In this document: positions 1 through 13,590 of the stretch, in pieces
Numbering within the stretch: the first letter of the stretch is position 1
Layout: each line of letters starts with the position of its first letter
Assembly (NCBI GenBank): GCA_904063045.1
Contig: CAJFCJ010000046.1
Coordinates: forward strand, 240,892-304,891
DNA length: 64,000 nt
Origin: Dimorphilus gyrociliatus
Taxonomy: Eukaryota; Animalia; Annelida
Direction of reading: 5' to 3'
Translations under genes and position numbers: made by a program
Notes under the pieces: model-generated
What the model was told of the DNA's origin: nothing
Database searches by the model: none
The model's input: the letters and a program-made list of their open reading frames with translations, nothing else

Positions 1-40
1 GAGAGCCTGTTAAAACTTTTCTACAAAAAAGACAAAATGA

Positions 41-412
41 TCAGACAATAAAATATCATTTAGAGGTGGATTAAATCAGAATGATACGGATAATCCTAGT
101 TTAGAATGTCAAATTGTACAAGATGCTGATAGATTGGATGCCATTGGAGCAATTGGAATTGCTAGAACGTTTGCATATGGTGGACATCATAATCGTCTTA
201 TCTATCATCCGGATATTCAACCTGTTCAATACACAACAGTTGAATCTTATAAGAGAAACAACGCTCCTAGCATTAATCATTTCTATGAGAAATTATTACT
301 ATTAAAGGATAGAATGAATACGAAACCTGGTAAGGATATTGCTCAAGATAGACATCAATATATGCTTCAATTTTTACAACAATTCCACGATGAATGGAAT
401 GGGAAAAAGTAA
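41..412 (+). CDS. 3' part of HD-superfamily phosphohydrolase, YpgQ-like (5' end outside window or frameshifted)
   Basis: Frame is open from 41 and reads ISFRGG...LECQIVQDADRLDAIGAIGIARTFAYGG...SINHFYEKLLLLKDRMNT...AQDRHQYMLQFLQQFHDEW, the conserved motif set of YpgQ-type HD proteins. Stop at 410-412. Confidence 0.85.
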   Translation, partial: SDNKISFRGGLNQNDTDNPSLECQIVQDADRLDAIGAIGIARTFAYGGHHNRLIYHPDIQPVQYTTVESYKRNNAPSINHFYEKLLLLKDRMNTKPGKDIAQDRHQYMLQFLQQFHDEWNGKK

Positions 413-2226
413 TACAAGTGGAAAATATCTGAACGATAATACAGTACTACTCTGAATGTCAATGTGTTGGTTTCAAAAATAAATAAAAAGGTCATTTGCT
501 ATCATACTCTCTTCCATCAATCCATATGTAAAGAGTAGGAGAAGATAACATTTGCCTATCCATAAGATAAGATAAACCGCACTGCTTCTACTCCAACCTT
601 TAAGCATATGTTTCACTTTTAACTTTAACCGAAATCAGACACTTAAATGAAAAATAAAATCAAAGTTCAATGTCAGAGTAAATAGTTTGTAGTGGTGGGT
701 TGCCAAACTTTTTCCTGCCACAGAAAGGAAGGCATTAACTATCCACACTTATAAAATTGGTCTAAAGTTTTAATTAATAAATTAATTAAGTTGTTCAAGT
801 AGAAATATGCTAATTTATTCAAATATTGAAATGATTTTCTATGAATATTCATTAATTTTATAAACATTCCTTCTTTGTTACATGGGAAAAATCCTTGGAA
901 ATCAATCTTCTGTTTTATGTTAGTTGAAGGGAATACTTGTAGAAAATGTCTACCTTAGAATGAACTAGTCTTAAGCAAGTTGATGTATTATTTCAAATTG
1001 AAAACACTGTTTTTACACATATCTTTCCTCTCATTCTCTAAACCATAAACAAAATACTGTGTTGAATTTATCCTAAAACTGTTTGTTTGTCAGTATATCT
1101 TTGTATTGTCAATATGGGATTTGCAAAAATACTAACATAATTGAATATTGAACAAATTTTCAAGAGAAGCCTTTTTCAACGTTTGTATAACATGCATAAC
1201 ATTTAATAATAATGAACTATCACTCTTCTTCTCCTTTATTTTTAATGTAAAAACATCATATATTTGAGTAGTTTCAATAATTTCAGGAATAACAACCAAT
1301 CCTTTCCAATTTATGATACTGAGAACTTGCATTTATTTTATATAGAAACAGGTAATTTCAATACAAAAATTGATAAGATAGCAATTGTATTTTTACTTAC
1401 AAATGCTAAAAGTTTGTTTACAAGTAGCAATAGCAAACAAAACTTGAAAACACTACACATTTGTATTCTATTGCGAAAATTGCGATTATAGAAAGGGTTG
1501 TAACTGCCAATTAATCATGATACAGTCAGTTTGAAAAGTATACATACTATATACCATCTTCTGGAAAGAAGAAAATATATCTATAGAAGTCAAGTGTCAG
1601 TTGTTTTCAAATATTTAAGTGCATTGACTATAGATGGAATTTGTTATTTCTTTTTTCAGAAACATATAGCTTTGTCAGTGTTTCTGACAATGTTCCAATT
1701 TCCAAGATAGGCCTAGTAACGCTACTCAATTTAAACTTTTGTAGGATAGAAATTACTGAAACTACTATCAGGAAAGAAACCGAAAAATGTTGAGTAATCA
1801 TAAAATTTTACTTTTTTTTTAAAAAGAAACAAAACCATTGTTTTCAGTTACACAATTTGTGAAGAGAGAGAGAGAGAAAGAGAAATAATGATTTCCTTTT
1901 CTATTTCAGATGACTAATAGGATAAACTGTATATTGAAAATCAAATTACGTTCACTACATTCACAATTAATTAAACAATAATAATCAAACAAAATCTTAG
2001 ATTAGTTTGGCGCGGAGAGTATGCGTTTTGAACAACTTTTGAACAATTCATAGATTATATAAGGGTAATAATCCCAATTTTGTCAGGGTTAATACTCAAC
2101 AGTTGGCTGTTGTTAATCTATTCCGATTACTTCAATTATACAACAGTTATCCAAAAGATAAAAAAGCCTGGTAGTTTGCCTTAGTAAATTTCTCTGTGAG
2201 CAGATGAGTAGAAGTATGTAGATCTT

Positions 2227-2386
2227 GGGGTTGATAGAAAACGTCCGCAAATGAGAATTTGAAGGGTAGACTTTGGATTTAAATATTGTTAGGAAGAAGA
2301 AGACAACTACTAATTTTTACTTAAGAGGGTTTGCTGTAAGGGTTAGGGTAATGGAAAAGGTTAGGTACATCCAAAGGCTGGGTTAG
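2227..2386 (+). mobile_element. MITE family A, truncated copy (left TIR plus body)
   Basis: Starts GGGGTTGATAGAAAACGTCCGCAAATGAG, matching the TIR of the complete copy at 53257-53463. Body GGAAGAAGAAGACA...GGGTTAGGG..TGGAAAAGGTTAGG is shared with the other copies. Confidence 0.7.
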
Positions 2387-2588
2387 CAACACTAAAAACT
2401 ACAAAACATTTCCAACTTGAAATAATGATACATTATGGATGATAAATTGAACAACAAACTTCCAGTTGTTGAGCAACATTGATTTCTGATCTTTCAAAAC
2501 TTTTCCAAACTTCAAGGATTTTTCTCTGATTGTTGCAAATTTTCTTTTCAGATAGAAGCTTTTCAAAGACATTTATCAGATCTGCGTC

Positions 2589-2850
2589 ATGTTTCAACTA
2601 TTTTACCATTCAGCGAAAATTTTCTCAATACAGCTTTTACAAAAGGAGAATAGGCACACTAGGTGCCATTATTCATTTTCTGTAAAAACTATATTCACCT
2701 TCAAAAATCAAATATGGCTACCAATACATTGTATTATAATTGTAGGAATATCTGGTTTGTCACAACAGTATTGGTCATTTGTAATCATTTACCAATTTAC
2801 CAAAGTACTCAAACAAATAGAACATTTTAAGTTTGTCCACAGATAGTCTT
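2589..2850 (+). pseudogene. Degenerate fragment, probably from an NLR-family gene (paralog of 19923-20150)
   Basis: IIIVGISGLSQQYWSFVIIYQFTKVLKQIEH aligns with IVIVGISASSEQYSSSSIIYQLSKVLKQIEP near 19990. It lies upstream of NLR-type LRR fragments. The family assignment is contextual only. Confidence 0.3.
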
Positions 2851-3330
2851 AAGATTTTAATACAAGGCCAAACAATCATAAAGGTTATATAATAAATTAA
2901 TAATTGATTGCTGTGCAATTACACGAAAGTAGGTCAAGCCTGCTAACTTTGACAGTTAAATCATGAATCAAAGATTCTTGCTCTTTATGAAAAACTGTAA
3001 TTTCCATTATTTGCGTGAACAGATCGTAAAGGATTCAATGATTGAACAAGAATATTATCTTTGATTGAATTGCTGTTTGAAATATTCAAAAGATAAAAGT
3101 GACCTTGAACTTTTAATTTAAATCCATATTCATTTTACTTAAAAATGATATATGTTTGTAAACATTCAACATAGAAAGATGTAGAGCTTGTAGGGCATTG
3201 TATAAAAAAATACACCTGACTATCAACAGATAAGACATTTTCTTTATATTCTCATCCATTTTTGGATAGTGTTAATTATGCTATGATTCGTTTAGATGAA
3301 TATTTAAATTGAGAAAAAAAAATGACCATA

Positions 3331-3795
3331 TCAATATCTGTTGAAAACGGCCAAAGTAGGTAAAAGTGGAGAGAAAGTAAAGAATTGGATTTTGTATAAA
3401 TAAGCCAAAGGGTTAGAAAATTGGAGAAAGTTACAATTGAGCGCGCTGACCGTTTTCAACAATATTCCCAAAATATCTACAGATTCATAAAATACTACAA
3501 ATTGTAAACCTTTTATGGCCAGTAGAGCTTCCGGTTGTGATACATTTGCTGAGTAATTGCTTTTTAAATGACAAATTTCATCTTTTAATGAATAGACAAT
3601 TGCCCTGCAGAGATAATAAATAGAATAGATGAAATATAGTAATTTTGTAGAGCGTCTTTCCTCATTAAGAGGTCTGCTGCTGCCTGTTGAATTCTTTAAA
3701 TAGCACAACTGCAATATTACTTTATAATCAATCCGTCTGCAATAATTAATAATACGAGATGAGCAAAAATTTGTCAAAGGCAAGCATTTTTTCAT
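3331..3795 (-). pseudogene. Possible rhodopsin-class GPCR fragment (TM5-TM7 region)
   Basis: Basic stretch RRSTKLL precedes a hydrophobic helix, followed by a TM7-like LNCNFLQFSNPLAYL. No N-terminal helices or DRY motif found. Confidence 0.35.
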
Positions 3796-3889
3796 TGTTT
3801 TTTTTCTTTCTTTTCAAACAAATTACATTACAATAGAAGATAATTAAACAGTTTTTTGAAAAGTGTAATTTAAACGAACAACAAATGTT

Positions 3890-5040
3890 TCTATATTGGA
3901 AAATTGTTATTAAAATGCCAAAGAATTGAAAATTTACACTTTGGAGGCAATTTCAATATGGGAAATGGATTATTGTGCATTTGCGAAGGTGTTGAATCGT
4001 TTGTAAACACTTTGAAAAGAATTCATTTCAATTGTTGTCATTTAGAAATATGGGAGATGATGGCCTACAGGAGATTTGGGAAGGCGTTAGAAAATCAGTA
4101 GCAACTGGTCACCTTTCGACGAAATATGGAATGAAAATATGAGCGACGGATTAATAAAACTTTGCAAAGGATTAGAAAAATCATCAAGTAACCTAAGAGA
4201 AATCTATATGAGATCATTAAATTTGAATAGGAACATACATATATCTAACAGTAAAAACTGGAAGGCTTGTTGCAGCCGATGTTGTTTTGCAGGATTGTTA
4301 TTATAGGCCTAATGATTGGGAAAATGCATAATGACTAGAAAAACTCCTGCTAAAGAATAAATCAAAGATTTCACTGACTGAAACATTAAAAATATAAAAC
4401 TATTATTGAGATTGGGAAATTGTATTCCAAGTTATTCATAAGATATCCGTTGATGAGTTTGAGAAATATTACAACAATCAATAAATTGTGATGAATAATA
4501 CAATCGTTTAAACAAAAATTGATGTTTTGTAGCCGCTGTAACGCTTATCTCGTTACTCATTGCGTTTCAAAACTGTAAATTTCTCTTCATCTTTTCCTTA
4601 CTTTGATGAACATGAAACACATAACTTTTTTTTCTTTTTGATCAACATTTCATCAATTCTTTTTATCAAGATAATTTTTGGCCTATAATCTGTAATGGAC
4701 TTAGGAAATCAGTAAAAAGTTTAAAAGAAATTGATTGTTCATATTGTGACTTTATGGATGAAAGTTGTAATAGGCTAACACAACTATTGAGTAAATGTTA
4801 AAAAATTGAAAAAGTCAATTTATCTTCCAATTTAATTTTAAATGATGAACTATTCCATATATGCAAAGAATTGGAAAAATCATCAAATACATTGAAGGCA
4901 ATTAGTTTTAGAAACTGTTGTTTTGACAATAAAACTTTTAAAAAAGTGCAAAAAACTTGAAAGTATTAATCTAAGGGAAAATAATCTCTCTGCTAAAGTT
5001 TGTATTGAATTTGAAAATGTATTAAATTCATTAAAACAAT
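3890..5040 (+). pseudogene. Degenerate NLR-type (RI-like) LRR fragments
   Basis: KCQRIENLHFGGNFNMGNGLLCICEGVE (3904-4101) and further stop-interrupted repeats near 4130-4230 and 4680-5040 match the LRR unit at 12912-13478. Confidence 0.65.
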
Positions 5041-5050
5041 GCATGATTTA

Positions 5051-5110
5051 ACCCTAACCCTAACCTAGCCCTTGTCACTCCCTAACCTTTTTGATTACCC
5101 CTGACCCTTA
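5051..5110 (-). mobile_element. MITE family A, partial copy
   Basis: ACCCTAACCCTAACCTAGCCCTTGTCACTCCCTAACCTTTTTGATTACCCCTGACCCTTAG matches the body of 53257-53463 in the same orientation. No TIRs seen. Confidence 0.55.
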
Positions 5111-5278
5111 GAATTAGAAAACTGCAAATTGACAAAGAATGTTTGTGAAAGGTTTAATAATCTTTTAATTAAATGTCCCTACCTTCAATTTTCAGTTTTC
5201 TCAAATTCTCCTAAAGATTTTTGATGTTAGCTGAAAGGAGAGAGAAAAGAAGATATTTATCATTTCAGATAGTTTTAA

Positions 5279-8200
5279 TCAGTGAAAAATTACCTTAAGG
5301 GCAAAAAAATCAATAAATTCAATAATTGTTATGACAGAAGCGCCTAAAACCAAACCTAAAAATCCACCAATTTCAGAGATGAAAGAGAGAAATGCAAATT
5401 TTTCTTGTTGTATTATCTTCTGAAAGCTCATTTCTTTGTAGAAAACATCAACTTTTGCAAAATTCCTTCTGCTTATAGCCAGTTTATAAAATGTTTCCAA
5501 AGAAGGAGAAATGTTAGAATCTTACCTGAAGAAATCTTTATCAACCTTTGAAATTTTATCAAATTCATTCAAAAAAAGTTGAAGGTCATTGAATTTGTTT
5601 AAAACGTCAATAAACGATTGTTGAGAAATGTTAGGAAAATCAAAATTGTGTGAAATCATTCCATATGTAAATTGTTTTAAACAAGTACTCCAAGTATATC
5701 CTGAAAAATTCTGCAATCTTTCTTTTGGACAATTAAGATTGAGATTATTTTCATTTTTCTTCTTATTAATTATTGAATAAACCTGATTTACATCAGTGTA
5801 TTGAATATCTGTATTGTCTGGATGTTTGACTGCAATTGGCCACATAAATATGAAATCAATATAATTTTCAATAACTGAAAGTTTTCTGGAAACTTTTTCT
5901 ATTGCATTTTGAAATGTTGACTTTTGTGATTGTATATTTTCATAGAAATTCATTAAACTGTTAATATTATCAAGTAAACAACTCAAACTGAAAGAATTTG
6001 ATAAATTAGCCTTTTTTATTGTGGAATTAAAATGTAAGTATGATTGAAATTGTTGAGTTTTAGTGAGAACCAAATGATGAATATCATAAAATGGTCTTAT
6101 TGATTTATGAAATTCTCCTAATTCAAAAGAAATGTCTTCTGAAAGAATTAAAAGTTCCCTTATTCTATTATCGATCTCAATGAATATTCTTTTGTTAAGG
6201 AGACAGTAGGAATCATCAAAGTAATTAATTTGATATAAACTCTCCTCCATGCTTAATAATGCTTTAACAGCAATATTGATCTTTGTTCCAATATTAGCAT
6301 AACTATCATTTTGAAATACAGTTGGAAATGTCATTGAATTTTCCATAAATGCTAGACTATCATAGAATGGATGACATATTGTATTGAATGGTATTTTTGG
6401 ATTACTTATATTCAAACCAAATATTCTTTCTATTTCTTCAATATGCATTTTCTCTAAAGTTTCTGCTTGGATTATGCTACTCAGTTGATCTTGAAAATCT
6501 TTTAAAGCTACACTCCAAAAGAGGCGAAAGTCTTTCAAATGTATTTTATATTTAGAAAATTTAAAATGTTTCATAAATCTACTGCAATCCATAATAAACA
6601 AACTTTCATTCATTTTGTGTAGATCTTTTATACAGTTTTCCAGATTGGTCAGCATCTCTTCCTTCTCTATTGAAACTGGTCCAAATAGGCCTGTTCTATA
6701 TTGATAAATCTTATTTGATTTAATACGTAGTTGTTGTCTGATATGTCTCATTGGATAAGAATCAAAAGACTCGGCCATTGTTCCAAAGTTTATCATAATT
6801 TTATATAAATCAAAGAAAATGGCCCTAAACAATGCAATATCTTCTTGATCAGTTAAAAACTGTCTAAAAGGACCATCGAGTCGTTGCAAGACAAAATATA
6901 TTTTTGTTGTAAATGGAGAGATTATTGCAGTATTTTTTTCAAAATTACTTTTAACCCTTCTTTCTTTAATTTCTAAAATTTTTGAAAATTTTTGTTTTAA
7001 ATCATTCATTCCAGTTGAATTTCCGTTTAATAGCTTATTGGCTGCAAATTCTGATATTGATGAAAATGAGAGATTAGGTTCATAAATAATTTGTGAACAA
7101 GGAACAGAACATGAACAATGTATATTTTTGTCATTTTGTACTTTTTCCAATGATGCTCTTACACATCCATATGTCTCTGATAAATTACAATACCTTTTAT
7201 CATTTTTTATAGCCCTTCCTAGGATGAGAATCGCTTCGAATGGAATACAGTGGCACATATCCGCTACCCAGCTTAACCGACAGTAATCTATACATTCGGC
7301 GTGCGATTTATATTCCGATTTCACACATTCTCCGTATGGATTACTGAGCTTATAAGATTCAATTCGCTTTATTCCAACAAGTGTATGCATTCCAGGCGCA
7401 ATTGCGAATCCCAAGTCCGCTATAAGCGGCTTTTTGTAATCGTCGTGTAAGACTATTTTTACACCAGCATTGTTAAAGGGTCCAGGCATGTGTTCGTATT
7501 GCTCAATGTTGAATAGAAAAGAGAGGGCATTAGCCATGCCAGATTCACCAATGCTTATGCCTTTGGTTTCATTCAGAGCAGATGGAGAATTGAATGTATA
7601 ACATACTCCATACTCGGTAATAGTTCTTGAAATGTATTCAGATTTACATGGTTTATTTGCCCATTGACAATCAAATATAAAATTAGATTGTCTATGCGCT
7701 GTGTAATTGAAGACAAATTCTGTGTCATATATAAGATTTCCAGGCAAGTTTGCATCATAGATTGATGTATTTTCATTAGAGTCAGAGTTGTAAATGTTGC
7801 TAATATATTCATATAAACCCAATTCAACAGTACTACTCATCCTTTTTATAGAAATAAATTATTTAATTAGTATCTCATTATAATATTAGATAAGGAACCT
7901 TATGAATATTTGATTGAATAGTTACTGTAGCATTTCTAACTTTATATAAAACACTAAACTATGAAAAGTATGAAATAATGTATTATTCAAAGCGTATTGG
8001 CTAAGCAGACTTCTAGATTTACCTGAATTTATTTTGGTTGCAGACAGTAACTGATGGAAATCCCAGACTTTTTGAGTATATCACTTCAACATTTACTGTT
8101 ACATCTTTCTTGTTATAGTCCATTCCTCTTCTTACAACTTGATAACAGAATAGAAAAATTGCTCCAAAAACAATAAATACCCATCCAATACGCCTAAATA

Positions 8201-8333
8201 ATGATGTTTCTTTGGCAAAGATATTCTTTACACCATGAAATGTTGTTTCTTTAGAGAAATCTGTCCAATTTTTCTCTCGTTTTCTCTTCATAGCCGAGTT
8301 TTTTGACGTTGGTTGTTCGCTCTGAAAGTCCAT
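5279..8333 (-). CDS. DEG/ENaC (amiloride-sensitive) channel subunit, 3 exons (8333-8023, ~7841-5526, 5468-5279)
   Basis: TTFHG gating motif, TM1, FPSVTVCN, GVCYTFN, Cys-rich thumb, and IGGFLGLVLGASVITIIEF (TM2 with GAS belt). GT..AG introns join in frame (NKFR|MSS; a 57-nt intron 5525-5469 gives DFFRRNFAKVDVFY). The exon 2 acceptor is weak. Confidence 0.93.
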
Positions 8334-8429
8334 AGATTGCCACAAAATTTAAACGTTTACTGAACGCTAAAGATGTATTCTAAATAATAACTTATTTAAA
8401 TATTTATACTAAAATAACACACTCTCTTT

Positions 8430-9493
8430 TCAGAAGGAAATGCTAGTGCATTTGCTGACATCATGCTATTTAAATAATTCATCAGGTGCACTTTGGATCG
8501 AGAGAATTACCTGTTGGCAGAAAAAGCATGGAGAGATTGAATATCCTTCATTTCTATTGTTTTCAAGACGTCTTCAGGAATGACAATGACTGACTTATAC
8601 TGCAAAGTTGAACTTTTTCCCCATATGGACATTATCTATGCTACATAGATAACTTTTGCATATATATGCTAATGGAGATCATTATTGTTACCTTGGTGAC
8701 TATGGAAATTCTTGTAAATTCTCGATTACGTAATGAAGATGAGAGATATTTTAAGTTGTCCATTTAAAATTTCCATCATAAGCGAATGATGTCCATCTTC
8801 AATTCAGATAAAACGATACTTAGTTGCGACGGAAGGATTATTAATCAAGATAATATTTGCGATCATAAGATTGATTGTCGTCATAAATCAGATGAGAATT
8901 ACGCAATATGTAAAGAAACATTCAAAACGAGAAATCTATCATTGAAATTACCAAATTACAATCAAATATTTTTCAAATAAAACTATCGCTATTTGGTGAA
9001 ATATTTCAAATATCAAATATGGATTATTCAATTGATTTAATTTCAATTATCATTCAAACAAATGATATTCGAGTGTTCAACTTTCAAAAATATCCCAATT
9101 TAATAATTGCAATATTAAAAAATGTTAATCTTGGGAAAATTGATGGAAACGACGCTCAGCATTGGAGATCTTCTCTTCTCAATTTATATTCTTATCATTG
9201 TACTAGCGGATATTTACTATGGTAACGACTACGTTAATTATGACGAAGTATGGAGAAACAGCACTAGTTGCCAAGCAATAGGCGTGATTGCACTATTCTC
9301 AATTTGTTTGTCATCAATGAGCATCCTTCTGCTGACTATTGAGAGAACTGATATAATTTTAAATCATGGTATTCAATCAGCATTTTTCAGGAAGAAAATC
9401 TTTGAACACTTTTCAATTGTATTATCTTCATTATGCATGGCAATCACACCAAAGATTTTCATTCGAAATGTCGAGAATTCAATAGTAGCATAA
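8430..9493 (+). pseudogene. Degraded GRL101/RXFP-like LDLa-LRR GPCR
   Basis: LDLa motif CDGRIINQDNICDHKIDCRHKSDENYAIC, then TM2-TM4 LSIGDLLFSIYILIIVLADIYYGNDYVNYDEVWRNSTSCQAIGVIALFS...TIER. The LRR block is missing and frames are broken. Confidence 0.7.
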
Positions 9494-10186
9494 GTAGTAG
9501 TCGAAAAACATTTAGAATAGTGCTTTACACACAAACATTGGTGAGATACTGTTCAGAGGATATTTGAATTTCACAACAAAGACTCACTAAGCAATAAACT
9601 CTAAATATTAGTGTGATTGTGATCTTTACCAGAACATATTAATTTGCAGTAGGATAGTGTTTTAGATGGTTTTTGCTCAATGTGTTCAACAATTGACAAA
9701 TTGTCCTGCATACTGCTCCAGAGAATGAAAATATCATAGAAGTTGATCATTAAGAAGAGTGCACGACAACTGAAATCTTACAATAAGATAGTATTAGTGT
9801 AGTTGATGCCCAAAATCAAATATAGTTCTTTACTGTTTACTCTGTAATTGTTTATATTTCCTTCAATACTGAAAATCGGTGGAAAGAAGCCATGGGATTT
9901 GATTGGAAAAAAATATTCATGGTTTTATGGGTATGCATCCTTGAACATGTGATGATAAGGCTGATAAAATGGGACATTATTTTTTGCACTTAATATTTGG
10001 ATTTCTAGGATTGTAAATGAAATAGTTGTCAGAGGATACAGTTAAAATTTAAGCCTATTTAGGGTGAAAATTTTTTTTGAAAGTGGAGAATTTTTACAAA
10101 ATATTCATTCTTTAATAGTAAAGGAAGGACTCGGATTAAAGTTAGATTCAACTTCACAAAGTTCAAAAATACCTGGACCAAAATGC

Positions 10187-12340
10187 CTACTGCTGGAAAC
10201 TATCAGAGAGTAGTTTTATCTTTTTGTCAATAAAAACAAGACTAATTGATGACAGTGTCGCAGCAAATGTCATTAGACTATCAAGATATCTACAAAAAGA
10301 ACCCTTTCTCCAGCTGATATCTTCATCTAGGTAATTGTTACCATAATAACTATCCATTATTGCAATAATGAGAATGTAGAGACAGATACACAAGTCTCCA
10401 ACAAGTAATGTTGATTGGTATACCAGTTTATTCTTCTGATAAATATGTAAAATAGATAGAGCTAATCAGTTTCCAACTAACCCAACAAAACCATAACACC
10501 AAAAGAGAATTTTATTTAAATTTGTTCCTTAAAGGGTTGAGCACGTCTTGAAAAGTATTGGCTGTAGTACACAGGAAATATCATTCTTGATATAGGCCCA
10601 AGCTAAACAGCACAGATTAAAGCTGATACTGAATATTTTTTGAACTTTATCCAATTTGTGTATAATTGCATTTCCCTGTCCAAATGGAAAATCTGTTGAA
10701 TTCATATGCAATTCTTTCAAGTTTGTCAAATGCATAAATATTTCTTTTTGAATTTCTTTTATTCTCTTTTTAGTTATTTTTAAAATCTTTAAACTTTTCA
10801 ATTCTATTGAATAGTTTGAATGTAATTGAGTAATTCTTGTATAAGAAATATCAAGGAATCTCAGCAAATAATGGTTGAATTTAATTAAAAAGTCTATATT
10901 ACTTATTGGATTGTATGACATATCAATGTGCTGAATCAAATTTGATGAATTAGCAACATTCAAAGTTATCCACCTAGCAAGGCTTGTATTCCTAAGAGTG
11001 ACAATGACAATATTTGGAAAGTAATCAAGTTTCATAGTCGTAAACTTTGTATTTTGAATATGGATTGATATGAAAGAAAATATTTGTCTTTTTAAGTCAA
11101 TGTGAAATGGTCCAAGAATTGTCAATCCTTTGATGTGCTCATCAAATATTGTAAATTTGTAAGCTACATTTAACAGTTGCTTGTTGTGACAAAATAGACT
11201 GTAGGTGAGATTTTGAATGCAAATTCATTATAAATTGTTGGTTGAAAGCGTAAAAGTTCATTACTGCCATGTAAACAATTTATAATTCCATAACCAACAG
11301 GAAATGCTAAACTATATGTTTTTGATTTAAATTGATAGTAAAAATTGGACATAGGCACTCTGACAATTTTCATATCTTAAAAAATGTTCAATTAACAAAT
11401 AGACGGAGCTACTGTGGAAAACAGAATGTTGAAAAGTTGCCTGTCATATATGTTACATCTGGTTAGACAAATAGGGTTAAGTCTTGGGGTTAAGGTTTGC
11501 CATTTAGATCCATATGATTCTAGAGTTATTGAGTGATAGCTTCTACTATCAAATCCATCAAAATCTTTATACAGATATCTCGCAAAACCTTTTATATCTT
11601 TTGTAAAGAAATAATTATTGGCAAAATTTCCAATTAAAATATGTGCAACTTTGTATTTATCTGGAATTTCTCCAATGAGAAAATATGTATTGTCATTAGA
11701 AACAAAGTTTGTTCCAACTGCCAATAATCCTTCATTCTTCAGGAAGCATTCAGAGGTTTTAAAATTGCATACAAATGCTCTGCACTCGAATACTAATTTA
11801 CTCTCTTCTCCAAGAGATTGTGCTAAGCGTTAAAATCTCAATTTGTCATTGAGACCATATTCAATTAAGTTGAAAACAATCTGCAGGAGAATTTCCCAAT
11901 CTTGTACATTCATAATTATTCAAATTTCAATTTTGGAATGAAAGGACAAAAGCAAATGAATATTTCATTTTTGGATTATTTTGTAGATAATAAATAATCC
12001 TAAAGTGGCTATCATTTCTATTCTTCCATACCTGAATTAGAATAGTACAATAGACTAAAATACAAGAAATTCATATATTGATAATTTATATTTGCAAAAA
12101 CATATGAAAAAAATGTCAACTTTTCTATTGGAATGTTTTTTAAATTTAACAATTCAAAATATACTTTTCCATATTTCTTAATTTGTCTTTGCTCTACAGA
12201 ATTGTTGTTCCATTGATTAGAAAATTGCCTTGACCATAAAAGTCTCTTCCCCTCTGTTCCAGCCAATATCATTTGTACTTTGCATTTAAACTGACATAAA
12301 GATGTGTTTTTGTGTGACAATAGTAATGATTTATGGATTG
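10187..12340 (-). pseudogene. Degraded GRL101/RXFP-like LRR GPCR
   Basis: LRR block (11125-10529) ends in LCCLAW...C...FKTCSTL, followed by GDLCICLYILIIAIMDSYYGNNYLDEDISWRKGSFCRYL (TM2-TM3). Stops and frameshifts between blocks; truncated after TM3. Confidence 0.7.
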
Positions 12341-12911
12341 TTTATTAAAAAAAACAGAAAAGTTATCAATATGTCTTCTTACACTGTGACACAAAACTAT
12401 ATTTAAGGAGCATTAATTATTTATATAGAAAATATAGAATAATTGTTTTTTTTTTATCAATTATAACATTTCTGTGAAACCTTCAATTCTTTAACTCTTA
12501 TTATTTGTTTACTGATGCTACTGTTCTCTATAAGTGATCTATATTTGGAATATAAACCAGTTTTAAAACAGACGCTAATGGGGAGCAAAAAGAGAATTTT
12601 AGATGTACTCTATTTTCTTTTTCTATATTTAATTGCAGACCTATGTGAAACAAATGTTTTTGGTTTGTATTTTAAAAAACTACCACTTTGAGAGCTACTA
12701 CAATCAAACAGTTTCATCTTTTACAGATAATGTAATTGGCTATGAAAAATATGAAAAAGTAGAGTCTAGAGGTGATGACTTGTGGCTACAAACATTTACA
12801 TCCACTACATACTTATCACCTCAATTTCTTTAAAACTAAAAATAAATCTATAAAAAAAGAAGAAATGCAAATAAATTGCACTAAATTGGAAAATTTAAAT
12901 ATAGAAGAGAA

Positions 12912-13590
12912 ATGTTTATTTCCTTCTGCATTTTTAAAATTTGTGATGCACTTGTCTGTTCTTCAAGAACATTAAGAGTTGTAACTTTTTCTTTTTGCAA
13001 TCTGACAAAGAATAAATCTAAAATGATTGGAAATATCCTTAAAATGTTTCCTCAGCTAGGAGTAATTAATCTAAGAGGGAATTACAATATGGGTGATGGA
13101 TTACTAGAAATTGGTGATGCACTTGAGCAATCATCAAACATATTAAGAAAATTAAACTTTTCTTTTTGTGATCTAACTGAAAATCAATGTAAAATGTTTA
13201 GAAATATTTTGAAAAATTATTCTCAGATTGAAGTAATTAATCTAAGTTTCAATAAAATGATGGATGATGGATTATTAGAAATTTGTAATGCACTAGAGCA
13301 ATCATCAAACAGATTAAGAGAATTAATTTTTTCTTGTTGTGATCTAACTGAAAATCAATGTAAAATTTTTGGAAATATGCTAAAAAGTTGTTCTATGATT
13401 GAAGTAATTTATCTAAGTGGGAATAAATATATGGGTAATGGATTATTAGAAATTTGTGATGGACTTACACAATCATGAAGCAGATTAAGAGAGTTAAACT
13501 GTTCAAACTGTCATCTAACTGAAAATCAATTTCAATTATTTGAAAATATGTTGAAAAATTGTTCTAGGATAGAAGTAATTAATTAAAATT
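12912..13590 (+). pseudogene. NLR-type LRR array without a visible NACHT domain
   Basis: Tandem 171-nt (57-aa) units start at 13095, 13266 and 13437 (GLLEIxDALEQSSNxLRxLxFSxCDLTENQCK...IEVINLS). A TGA at 13476-13478 interrupts a further repeat. Confidence 0.75.

Noticed and set aside
5051-5066. CCCTAA/TTAGGG runs as interstitial telomeres or a chromosome end
   Set aside because: Runs are only 2-3 imperfect units and are embedded in MITE family A copies.
9660-9960. Possible anoctamin-like remnant (KIFMVLWVCILEHVMI)
   Set aside because: A single short motif with no continuous frame; cannot be supported without a search.
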